Shown: positions 24,415 to 36,410 of the stretch, in pieces
Layout: the number at the start of each line of letters is the position of its first letter
Numbering within the stretch: position 1 is the stretch's first letter
NCBI RefSeq assembly: GCF_018977255.1
Contig: NW_024704742.1
Coordinates: forward strand, 26,228,001 to 26,292,000
DNA from: Callorhinchus milii
Lineage: Eukaryota
DNA: 64,000 nucleotides
Direction of reading: 5' to 3'
The notes under the pieces: model-generated
Seen by the model: only the letters and a program-made list of their open reading frames with translations
Databases searched by the model: none
What the model was told of the DNA's origin: nothing
Translations under genes and position numbers: made by a program

Positions 24415-25231
24415 TTATAGAAAAGGGAAATTTGGGATCAAGAACACTGTGGAACGTGCTCCAGCTGGGAACTCTTCAGCCTCTAAATAAAGGCTTGCCT
24501 TTTAGGTTGGCTCAACGCAGGTTACTACTTTCTGCTGTCGACCTGCTGCTCAAATGACAGGCTCTTCGGTATAGTGGGAAAGATGCACTGACTTATTCAT
24601 GATTGGGAAGAGAAGTGCTGCCTGTTTTATTCAACAAACAGGTATGCAATATTAACAGACTCCAACAACGACACCACATGAAAGGTCCTAAACATTAGCA
24701 TTAGCCTTCCAGAACTCAACATAGCATAACGTTCCACATTAAATATTTAATGTCTAATTTTCATTCATCGCGTCGCTCTGAAATGTTTTTGTCGTTGAGG
24801 GGTAATCAAAACCTCAAGCTTGTTTCAGAGCTTAGGTTCACTCTGTCAGGCCTTACCTAACCTAGGGGCAAGGAGCACAGTTTTAATGTTACATTACAGG
24901 AGGAAATAATCTAGTATTGACCCTTGGGCCTTCGGCCACCCTCCTAGCCCCATGCCCTCCAAGCTCAGTAATCCCGACCCCCAGCCTGGGTCCAAATCCC
25001 TGACTGTCCAGCACCTTGGGACTTCCTCCCAACATGAAAGGCGCTATACAAGTGTAATGTTGTATTGTATTGGGCAACAGTTTGTTTTGAATGTCCATAC
25101 AAAAAATACGCAGAAGCCCATTGACCCAAGACAATATTTCCAAGCAATCGCAGCAAACACTATTTAAATTTCAATCTTTTGGTTTTACTGCATGGTTTAA
25201 CATTACTATATTCATATTAATCAATATAATA

Positions 25232-25513
25232 AACCTTAGGCAAGTTTCCTTACTCCTCACGTCTCTGTTTGCCTAGCAGTAAGTAGGAACCCGGTTGTTA
25301 GTCAATCGGCAGATCGCTTTCTGTGAGTAATCGCTTTCCGGGGGTCATTCAATCCACAACTGTTTGTGGGATATTGCTGAGCCTAATTCGCTGCTGCATT
25401 TCACCCACAAAATATATAGTCACTACACTTTACAGTATATTCTGTGAAGTGCTTTGTGATATCTCAACGACGTGATGAAGTGCGATATCAAATGCAAGTA
25501 TTATTATTCATTA
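25232..25513 (+). mobile_element. tRNA-derived SINE, long variant, head missing
   Basis: aaccttaggcaagtttccttactcc...ctagcagtaagtaggaacccggttgttagtc...tail. Confidence 0.8.
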
Positions 25514-26014
25514 TTATGTTATATATATTAATTAATGTAATATTAATCCTTCAATTTGATGTTGTAACATCAAAATATCTCAAAGCATTTAATTGGGGAT
25601 TTCTATCTACTGTGGTATTTTGCAAGCAAATGTAGCAGCCTATTTGAACACAGGAATGTCCTGCAAACAGGCATGAAGTGAATGATCAAATAATCTGGGG
25701 GATTGTTGGCCAGTAGAAAAACAACTCTTCTTTATTTGAATAGTGCCATTGAATCTTTAACACCCATCTGAACTTTTCAAGAGGGATATTGACAGATATA
25801 CGGAGAATACAAGCTTGAAGGTGTGTGGGAATAAGACAGGGAGGGCAGTGGGACTGAATGACCACCTTGCTCTGAGAGCTGGTGCAGACTCAATGAGCTG
25901 AATGGCCTTCTTCTGTGCAGTAAATTTCTATGATGCTATAATTCTGTGATAACTGATAGCATTTAGATCATGTTTATGTTTAACAAAAATAAAGATACTG
26001 CATTTTGCGCATAC

Positions 26015-28363
26015 CTTTTTGAAACCCTGAATCCTTGTCTGCAACTCTAACCACTTTTCTTGCCACTTCTTTACAGCTGTCTCTTTGTTTTGCAACTCGT
26101 GCTTTAATGAAGCAGAGAGATGCCGCTCCTCTTGAATCATTGTCTCTAAAGATGTGATCAACTGAGATTTCTGCGACAGGTGAGTTTCCAACACTCTCCT
26201 CTCTTGTTCACTGGCGGTTTTGACTTTTTTCACTTCACGCTCTCTGCCGTCCAGTATTTCCTCGAGTTGTTTCCTCAGGTGCTTGTTGCTTTCCTCATAA
26301 GCCTCCAACTCTTTTGTTCTCTTCTTCAAATGGGTTTCTAGGCTTGCATTTCCTGCCTGGCAAACGGATTCTTTAAACACTAGCTCTTCGATCTTCTTGT
26401 TAAGTTCTGCCATTAAATGTTTTTCTTCCTTCTGCGAGAAGTCAAGTTCATCAAATTCATGAGATTTATTTTCAAGTTGCACCTCGAGGTTGCTTTTGGC
26501 TGCTTCCAACTCATTTATCCTGTCTTTCTGACATTGTAGTTCATTTCTCATTTCCCGTTCGCTTTTCTCAAGGTCACAGCCCTTGACTTTCCATTGGTGT
26601 AGCTCCTCGCTCAGTCGACGCTGCTTGAGACCTAGCTCTTCATTACGCTCTGCCAGCCTTCTCTGAGTCTCTGCCATCTCTTTCAGCAAAGACACCTGCT
26701 TGACAATTCTCACTTGCAGTTTCTCCTCGGTCTCTTCTTTCATTGTCAGCAGCTTTTCCATTCGAGCTATCTTGTCCTGTAGGACCTTAGACTCGCCTTC
26801 CTGCATATCTTGCAGTAACTCTTCCATCATCTTGTTCCTCTCCAGGAGCTTCCTTTCAGACTCTTTACGTTGTCTAAGTTGCTCTTGCAGTTCACCAATC
26901 TCTTCGTTCCGACTTTCAATCTCATCTGTAAGTTTTTCCAATTCTCTGCTTTTTTCGCTCAATTCCATTTCAAACCTGCTGGTCATCTTTACAATGGATC
27001 CTGCCTTGACCAGTTCAGCCTCTGTCATCCTGCTTAGCTCTTCCTCAAGTTTCATCTTCTCCTTGAGAATCTCTGGAGGAATCTTTTGGCTTTCATGAAG
27101 CAGGTGTTCTGCATCCTTGCCACTCTTCTTGAGTTCTTCAATCGCCTGCATGCTTCTTTCTAAAGTTTCGCCTTTCTCCTCAAGCCGTTTGCGAAGCCTC
27201 TTAATTTTAGTATTTAGCTTACCCTCTACTCTTTTAAACTGCTCCCTTAATTGTTGCTCAAAGTGTTCCCAATCTCGGACAGTTTGCTCTAGATCTGAAA
27301 ATTGCTTTTTTATTTTCACTTCTCTATGTATACCCTCCTCCAAGTCAATCTTTAATTGGTCAATCTTAGCTTCAAGACAGTTTCTGGTTTCTTCCATTTC
27401 CCTTGTCTTCCTCGACAAGTCTTTATTAATCATCTCAAGCTGGGCATAAGCTTCATCCCTCTCCTTGATCTCATCGAGGAGCATCTTCATTTGTTCTTGG
27501 TTCTCTTCCTCCAAATCTTCCCTCTCTTTTTGCATCTTCTCCACTTGACTGTACCTCTCCTCCAGTTTCATTTCAATGTCTTCCTTCTGCTTTGTTAACT
27601 GGTCCAATTTGGCACAACGCAGGTTAAGCAGCCTCTCGTTCTCCTTCTTCTGCAAAAGCTGGCTTTCCAGTTCTTTTGATGCTTCTATCAGTTCCTTTTC
27701 ACTCATTTCTTTAATCCTTAAAAGTCCTTCTAGATTCTTGACTCTTTGAAGTAGCTCTGGTTTGGCAGTGCCACCATTACCTTCAGTCTCCTCCTCACTG
27801 CTGTGAGAATCAAGTGACTCCAGTTCCCTCACAGAGGCCAGTTTGTCTTTCAGGGCATCATAATCAAAATGTACTTGCTGATATGACCGTTCCATTTCAC
27901 TGAGCTTTTTCCTCAAGCTCCTCGACTCTTCAGTCCTTTCTTCCACTATAACCTCACATCCCCTCAATTTCTCTTCCAAAATCTTGCGATCATGAAGATC
28001 TTGATTTGCTTGGAATTTGGTTCCTCTTAAAGATTGGAAATTCTGGAATTGAAAAATATGGTCTTCAAGTTCTGCTGTTCTGTCATTCCTCAGCTTGTTT
28101 TCTGTATTTACTTCTATCGGTTGCGCTTGTAAAGATTTGATATTTAAATTTGCAGTGATTTTTTCTGGAAAAGACGCTAAGTCTTTTTTTCTCTTTTGTT
28201 GTGTGGGATTCTGCTCTGCTCCGAGTTTCACCCCTGTCACATGCAGTTCCTGTGACTTTACCCTACTCTTTGTACCAGTAGCTTGTTTTTTTCCCTGGTC
28301 GCTTTGCTTTTTTGTGAGTTTGTCCTCCATCATTTCTGAATCACAGACATTTGGGATTTGCAT
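26015..28363 (-). CDS. Large single-exon coiled-coil ORF (783 codons to donor; 811 aa if unspliced), uncharacterised
   Basis: Uninterrupted 2.4-kb E/K/L/Q-rich frame with heptad and 21-aa periodicity. Phase-0 donor AAG|gtatgc at 26015. The unspliced stop (25928-25930) falls inside a CR1 tail. Confidence 0.8.
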
Positions 28364-29407
28364 CTAATTTATTGGTTGAAGTCAATTGTATATTGGAATC
28401 ATCCTCCACGTCAGTGAGTAGATGCTTTGGAAAAATGTGACTGGCATCCTCCAGCTTGAATTCAGATGTGTGAGTATGTATATTTTCTGCTCGTGTTCAT
28501 TTTTGTCTTTAGCGGAAGCTATGAATTTAGTCAATGCCTCCTCCTCAATGTAATCATTTTGCTTTGTACACTTTGAAATTTGCTCTGTCAGCTCAGCTTT
28601 ATCTTTAGTTATCTCTCTTGCAGCCTAGTGAGAAGTAAGGGGTGGAAAATCACAAGTAAAAGGTCACAAGACAGGTCCGAAAGAAAAAGCCCCTTTGGGT
28701 CACTTGATCTTACCATTCCCACCCACCTTTCCATCATCCCGCTGCAGCATTCAAGCAGTGTCTTACAGGGAGTTCATGTCTTCACAGATTACAAACCTCT
28801 AAGTAATAATAATAAAATAATAATCCTTATATTGGGTATAGCCCCTCTCAAGTCAGGAGGACAATTCAAAGCACTTCACAGGGTGTACCATAATGTGCAG
28901 TGATTGTGTGTTTTGTGGGCAAAAGCGACAGCCAATCTGTGTGCAGCATTGTCTCACAAAAGGCCAAGAAGTGAGTGACCACTTTTTATTTGGGAGGATT
29001 GTTGGCCAGGAAACTGGGAGAAATTCCCTTTTCGCTTAAGTAAGGATCACAAACCTCTACAATACATGAGCTTGTTTAGTTGACCAGATTAAATCAGACT
29101 AGGGGCATGTGCCAGTCTAACTTATTGTACAGTCCCAGCACTCAGCAGCAATATTTTACCAAGTTGTGTCCTTAGTCATGTACTGTGTGGACCGTTTGAA
29201 AGCAGGGTTAGTTGAATGCAATAAGAGTGCACAGTGGTGCAAACCAATTTGGTGAGTCAGCCAAACAGAGCTTATTAAGGCACCAGACTGATGCACAGTA
29301 CATGGCTCACTTTCAGTGCATACAACATATATGAGCTGTACAGCCCCTGGTAGATTCTTCTTCAGCACCAGTCACAGTTGTTTAATAGACGAGAAGCTTG
29401 CACTTAC

Positions 29408-29480
29408 CTGCGTCTCAGGAGATGGTCTCTCAGGGCCAGAGAATAAAGGCTAAGGAAAAAAACAGGAACAAAAACAAAAA
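29408..29480 (-). CDS. JAKMIP1: JAKMIP1 last coding exon: tail-anchor TM FLFLFLFFSLAFILWP* (stop 29430-29432) plus 22 nt UTR to a donor
   Basis: cttttag|TTT...CCC TGA...CAG|gtaagt. Matches the recalled JAKMIP1 C-terminus. Confidence 0.95.
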
Positions 29481-29765
29481 CTAAAAGTATAAAATAAAAC
29501 ATAACATAAAGGAGACAAACAAAATAAGCAGGAGAAGGGAAGAGAGAGAGAAAAACAAGTTTAAAGAGGATAAAAATGTTAGTACAAAGTGAAAGTTTGT
29601 GCTACTGTAATGATTTTACTGATTTGAATACTAAAAGGAAGTACTGTACTGCAATAAGTTCAGTTGCTTATTGCAATTGTACCAGTGATGAACATTTTAA
29701 AGCATGCAAATGATTTTGTAATGCTCACAGCTGAGAGCTTACATTGGCACAGTCAAACATCTCAC

Positions 29766-29831
29766 CTTTTCTTCTATCTCTTTGATTTGTCTTTTCTGAA
29801 ATTCTATTTTGTCTTCTAGCTCTCGAATTCT
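29766..29831 (-). CDS. JAKMIP1: JAKMIP1 exon (RIRELEDKIEFQKRQIKEIEEK)
   Basis: ttgcag|AGA...AAG|gtgag, 66 nt. EDKxEFQKR is the JAKMIP1-type variant. Confidence 0.95.
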
Positions 29832-31773
29832 CTGCAAAGCAAAGAGGCCACAAACTGTTAAACACTAAGCAAAGGTGGGCATCAAAATGATCGTCTGTTC
29901 ATTTTCAAGCATCCACAATTTGAAAAAAGATTATAATATTGGTAGATTTTTCATCCTTTTCTCAGCACAGCCGAGTAGTCAGCGATTTTCTTAATGGAAG
30001 TGCTAACCAGCAAACACGGTTGATCTTTCTACCTGAATAACGGTAGATGCAGAGCTATTCACACAACAAGCGGTACAGCCATTTGGTACTTATTAAAAGA
30101 ACTGCACTTGACTACTGTTAAATAGGCTTAGGGAATTGTAAATCCTTGTCCTTTTATAAAACTTTGAAAAAGCACACATTTCAATATTGACCGGTTATTT
30201 AGGATTAACAAATTGTACCTGCTCCCAAGAAAACGTGCATTAATACGGAGCTACAACATGCACACGAGAGCCACAGAGAAAAGCAGATACAGCAAGGCAA
30301 CGCTGGTGAGCGATTGGGCTATGTTTCGTACTGTGCTTAAAAATGGAGATTAAAAGTCTGCTTGATAATCCGTTTTGAGGACAAAGGCCAATGTTCCCAG
30401 CAGCTGCTTAGTTACTGGCTATTCGAGTGTTAAAACACAAACAGATTGCCCCTGGGATTGATGCTCGTTCTGTTTTTTGTTTCATTTTCTCATTTCAGAG
30501 AAATGCATCCTGACCTTGAGAAAAAAATCAGTACAAACCCATGACGCTTTATACTGTAAATTGTCCTGAGAAGCACTCTCGATGTTGTATGGTTTTAAAA
30601 CAATAAAAATACTAATTTGTAAGAGATAAACATGATACTATTTTTCTAAAAGGTGTGTATTGGGAAAGGGTGCAAAATAATAATAATAATTGCATTTGAT
30701 ATAGGGCTTTATTACATTGTCACGACATCTTAAAGCACTTCACCGAATATACTCTAAAATGAATTGACTGCATTTTTGTGATTGCAGGCAAATGACTTGC
30801 TTTCAGCTTTCCATGCACTAAATCAAATGCTGAGTTAGTCATAATGATATATTCTCCAGGCAGACGGGGGATAGTGCAGTTAGATTCAAGAAGGCATTGG
30901 AGGGATTTTTTGAGCATGAAGAGCGATACGTGAGACCAGCTGAGTGAACTGTTAATACTCTTTTTCTCTGGTCTTACACATTCCCATCACAGGTCAGTGA
31001 TTTTCGGTAAGCAGTCGGAAAGGCAAGAAAAGTGAGGGTTAAAAAAGAATAATCCTAATAATCCTTGCATTTGATATAGCACTTTTCACGTCGGGAGGAC
31101 GTCCCAAAGCGCTTCACAGAACACACTGTAGAGTGAATTGACTGTATATTTGTGGGCGAATCTGCTGAGAGTTGATTGAGTGCAGTGTTGTAGCTGTGAC
31201 AGTGAGTGGTAGAACACAGGTTTCTGCTTGTGATTCCCTAACTTGCCAACTAGACTCAGCTGTGCCATTGTCGACTGGGGTTTCGAGGAAGTCAGGCCTG
31301 CCCCACAAAGAACCTGAAAGGCTCAGATCCCACATTGCTATCACATAATAATCATCCTGCCATTAATATAGCACCTTTCTCATCAAGAGGATGATTCACA
31401 AGATTTATTGTAAGGCGCAGTGACTGTGTGTTTTGTGGGCCAATCTGTGCACAGCAAGATACCACAACACAAAGTGATTGACCAATTTTATTTAGGCCGA
31501 TGAGGAAGTGACATTTTCTATGGATTTTCCTGGCCTGTGAAGAAGTTAAAATTTGTATTACAAATGAAGATGGTAAAACAGCACGGTTGCATGTGGTTGT
31601 GAAAATGTGCATACACTTTCCTGGATAATCATGCAGACAAAATCAGTTGGGATGTTTACAAGTGAGTTAGATCGGTGATAATATGGGTATCAAATATTGA
31701 GAAAAGGTAGGGAAATGGGACTAAAGGAATCAGTAAGTATTGATGCATTTAAGCAGAAGATAGATAGACATAG

Positions 31774-32083
31774 TAATAATAATCCTTGCATTTGATATAG
31801 CGCTTTTCACGTCGGGAGGACGTCCCAAAGTGCTTCACAGAACACACTGTAAAGTGAATTGACTGTATATTTGTGGGCGAACGCGGCAGCCAATTGCGCA
31901 CAGCAATGTCCCACAAACAGTCGTGGATTGAAGATGACCAATTTATTATTGTTTTTTTTTGAGGGATTATTATTAGGCGTGTGGAGTAAGGAAACTTGCC
32001 CAAGGTTTCGCCCTACCTGGTATTGAACTCAGGTCTCTCACTTGCAAAGCAAGTGCTCTAACCACTGAGCTACAGGACTCCAC
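31774..32083 (-). mobile_element. tRNA-derived SINE, short variant
   Basis: Full reverse-complement copy with A/B boxes and tail. Confidence 0.9.
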
Positions 32084-35000
32084 AAAGGTAGCTATATAGG
32101 GAGAAAGGAATAGAAGGTAGGGGAGGGAGCAAGGCGTGGGTGGAGACTCATGTGGAATAATAAACTCGGCACAGACTAATGGGGCCAAATGGTCTGCTTC
32201 CGTGCTGTACATTCTACATAAATCTGAGTCATGTCAGTGGTCCTGAAGGACATGTGAATGGAGAGAACTGTGGAAAAAGGTGAAGGAGAGACGGTCTTTG
32301 GGCAAATGTTCAAGAACACAGAATACCTTGTGCATGACTAACCCAGACCTTGTCAGTAGTTTAAGTGGAGAATTATCTCTAGAAATCATCACCAGTGTTC
32401 AGAGACAGAAGCAACAACTTGCACTTATATAGAGCCTTTCCCATAGGAAAGCATCTCAAAGAGACTTACATGGGATTCCCTGCAGAGAATGCAGCTACAA
32501 AATGCAAAGTATTTGGTCCAGCGATATTAGCACTTTCCTGAGAAGCACTTTCTCAAACCTCATTGACCAGCCTCCTAACCACTCTCCCCTAAATGATGTC
32601 CTGATTTGCTTCAATAGAGGCTCTGATGTATCTCTTCAGTCTTCTGAATGTTGTCATTAATCTCATTTGGAGGCCGGTGATGCATTATTAACACGACCTG
32701 CTCTGTATCGCATAGCACAGCCATAACTCTTTCTTAATCAATAGCATTTGTTAGACAGCTCTCTCGGTGTATTCCTGGTCTCTGCCTGGTTCAATTGAAC
32801 AACAATTTCAATAACATTCATGAACTTTCTTCTTCATTTCTTTCGCCTGTTCTACGATGAGCTTCTGAAAACACAAGTTACCTCCAGGGCTACAAACAAC
32901 TAAGATGAATAGGAGGCTATCTAAAGTAAACAGATTCCAAAGCATTTATTTCTCCCATTTCCTGATGTCTTTTGTTAATTACAGTGAGTTGACTTAATCT
33001 TTCTTCATTATTGGGTCTTCAGTCTAAATTACGCTCTCAGTTACATGTACAATTTCACATGACTGACAAATTCAATAAAAGGGTTTCATTAAGATGTAAA
33101 ACCCTTCCTCCTTCGAATTTGCATGAGGCTTAAAGCAGAATTAAGATGATGATCCATACATTTGAAAGGAAAAAAAACTCATCATTCCATAGCCAGTCGT
33201 TCATCTGATTTGCTTGACTTCTTTAGCTTTTCTGATTTTTTCCGACATTTAATTAAGTGTTTTACAGCACTTTATTACACTGAAACATCTAAAAATGTTT
33301 ATAGTAATTAACTTAGGCAAATGTGGCAGCCAATTTGGGCCTTCAGGGTCCCAAAACAGTCATAAAGCGAATGATTAATTAATCCAGAAACATTTTGGCC
33401 CGGATTCCAAGAGAAATTTGCTTCCCTTTTTGCAAATTGTCATAAGAATTTTAAAGTCCATTTCAACAGGTAGACAGGACCATGGTTTAACATCTCCTCT
33501 GAGGGATGGCATATTTGACAATGCAGTGCTGGATTTCACATTAGGACGTTGAAATCCAAATTTAGGGCTTGAACCCACAACCTGTTAACGTACAAGAGTC
33601 CTACCAATTGAGTTAAACTGACAGGTGACTTCAGTGAGTGAAGATAGTGAGGTCCTGATGGAGGCTGCTGTGCAACTAGAATGCATTGCCTAAAAGGGTG
33701 GTGGAATCCAATTCGATAACTTTTAAGAGAGAAGTAGATAATTATTTGGGGAAGACAAGTTTGCAGGGCTAAGGGGAGAGAGGGATTGAATTGAATAGCT
33801 CTTTTTCCAAGTGCCGGCACAGACACGATGCGCTGAATGGCCTCCTTCTGTACTGTATAATTCTATGATTCTATGATTACACAGTGACGAGCTGTTCCTG
33901 GCTGCCGAGATGCCTTTTATATGGTTTGGTGTTTTTCAACCACAGTGTTTTTTTAAGTGTACTTTTCCTTTGGTTGGTTACCAGTGCTAGAATTGATGTG
34001 TTACTGTTACCAGCGAGAGCAATGAGCAGAGGCGTCCAGCTCATTCGTGTGATGAGTAGGTAATGGCGTTGTCAGCACTCTGACACTGTGCACGATTGCT
34101 AAGTGTGAATAATTCAGCTGATTTATCCTTCAAAAGCTTCCTTTGTGACCACTTTAAATTCAAAGCATGTGCTTGGGATCAACAACTAGTTTGGAAAAGC
34201 TTGGTCACCACTTTATTAGCACTGAGGGATAAGCCAGTTCAGCCAAATAATCTTTTTTCACACAAAAAATATCTGGTAGCTGGAAGAGATTTTAATTCTT
34301 TCACAGTTTGCATTTACAAGAGAGCAAGAGTATCAATTTTGCTGCATCTATCCCAACCCCAACTCCTACACACATAATACAGTAAGGTTCTATCACAGTT
34401 AGAACTTAGTTCACATTGTTTCCTACACACAATTATTTTGTTCCCTGGACTTCAAGAATATGAAACTCTCTGCCTCCCTCGTCTTCCCTGGCATCTCCAA
34501 ACCACTCATGATCTGATACTTAGTTCTCTCTCCCACTGTTTTCAATTTCACAAGAAAAGTTCCACGAAAAGGGTTCAAAGTCCAGGGACAAGGATGATTC
34601 CAGGCTTAAAGCTTCGAGCAGAGGTGAAAAGAGCTAAACTTGCTGTCGCTGGGGAAAAGATTAAAGGAGACATGATGCGGGTATTTAAAATACTAAGAGA
34701 TTTTGTAGATGTAAATCGACATTTAGACTTACCAGACGTAAGCGCTTTGGGACATCCTCCTGATGTGAAAGGCGCTCTATAAATGTAATCTTGTTGTTAT
34801 TGTAAGAGAGATAGAGCAGTGTAGGGCTATTTATTGTATTTATTGTAATTTGGGTCTGGCTAAATGGACTGTATTAGTCTATTTTGGTCCTGTACATTCT
34901 TACCTTCCAGTGACTGGAATCTTGTACAAAGTCCAGCTCCACCCTGAATGACACTAGGTTTACCAGATATTTATTTCCAGAAAGTCACTTTGCCCGTAAA

Positions 35001-35909
35001 TAGGGATGACCCAGGCCAAAGTACAGCTTAGAATCGATAACCTTCAACAGATGGTACTAATATCTTCCCAATCGATACCTTCAAGATGGGAACCTTGAAA
35101 GTATTGACTCAAAACTACAGGGAGCATCAGTCCCAAAGGTTGCTCCTTAATGGTATCTGTGGGTTGTGGGGGACACAATCTTTTGGTTGGAAACTGTTCC
35201 GTGGGTCCGTGCTGAGAAGGGGCAAAGTTCATTCTGGTTGTTCTCATTTCTTTTCAAGGGCTGCAATGTCCCAATGCAGATAAGCTCATGGTGCATAATG
35301 TTTACCCAGACAGTTCTCCTTCATGGTACTGAGCAAACAGAAGAAGGATTTCCTTTGACCCATTTGTGAAGTCCAGGACCAAGCATGAATTTGTGGCACA
35401 AAAGGGAATCAGCTTAAAGGTGGGAGAGCTCTGACCTACACTGCCCAGTTGTTGAGCACACTAGAGGCAGAGGTGGCTTCATGGCAGGCACATTTATTTA
35501 GAACCTGGATCCGAGCTCCTGGATTAAGCACGTGGTACATACCAGGTTTAATCAACACCAAGTTTATTGAACACCGACTGATTAATCCAAGTCCTGTAAA
35601 GGTCCTCCCACCATGCTGAAGTTCTGTCGAATACCTGAAATCTCTGAGGCTTGGGACGACAGCTGCTGGAAGGCATGACCTGCAGTTCAGGTTTATGAAC
35701 ATACATTTACATATCCAGGGATCATGTTCTGCACCCCCAACTGGTAGTAGGTAGGGATGTGTGTCTGAGTTGTGAGCAAGAGGATGGTGGAAGTGCACTT
35801 GTGCATTTCAAGCTGAGCTGTGCTGCACACCAGGCAGCTCACAGGGAGTTCCTGGTACCTGATATTCAGCTCAAATCTATGTTGTCGGATTTCAAATGAC
35901 TAGCTATCC

Positions 35910-36410
35910 TCCTTGGTTGGGGGGGGGCAGGGAAGATGTCCTTGGAGCTGGATTGGCTCCAAGGTTATGTGCTTGGCAAAGGAATGTTGGAATCAAGACA
36001 GCCTTGATTAGTCTGGTAGTGTGTTTCTTAATCAGTTCTTAGTCCGGTTCCTGAGCCAGGTCCACAGTACTCCAAGGCACTGCTGATAACAACCCAGCCA
36101 GCTTGGCTTTGGTCAGACTGGTCGCTGGGATTAGTGATTGTTCCCACTCAGATACCATTAATCCTGCAAAACAAAGTCCTAATGGGTAAAGTAGTACTAA
36201 TTGGACAAACAACAGGAAGCTTTGTCAGACGGTGCTTTCAATGGCAAGCTAAGGGGTTTTAGCTGATTAAATTCCAAGGTACACTCTGGATAAAGGAAAG
36301 CAGGGTGCATCCCAATTGGGAGAGACTCAGGATAATGTCCATGTGTGGGTGGAATGATTATGTGGACCTCTTAATCTAGTTTGGATATTCTTAAGCAAGG
36401 TGATGTTTCC
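35910..36410. repeat. Unclassified old dispersed repeat, copy 2
   Basis: Collinear with 3390-3920; a partial third copy lies at ~37320-37560. Confidence 0.65.

Noticed and set aside
29950..30520. Conserved non-coding element (also ~33990-34130)
   Set aside because: Apparently repeat-free with some CpGs, but conservation cannot be judged without alignments.
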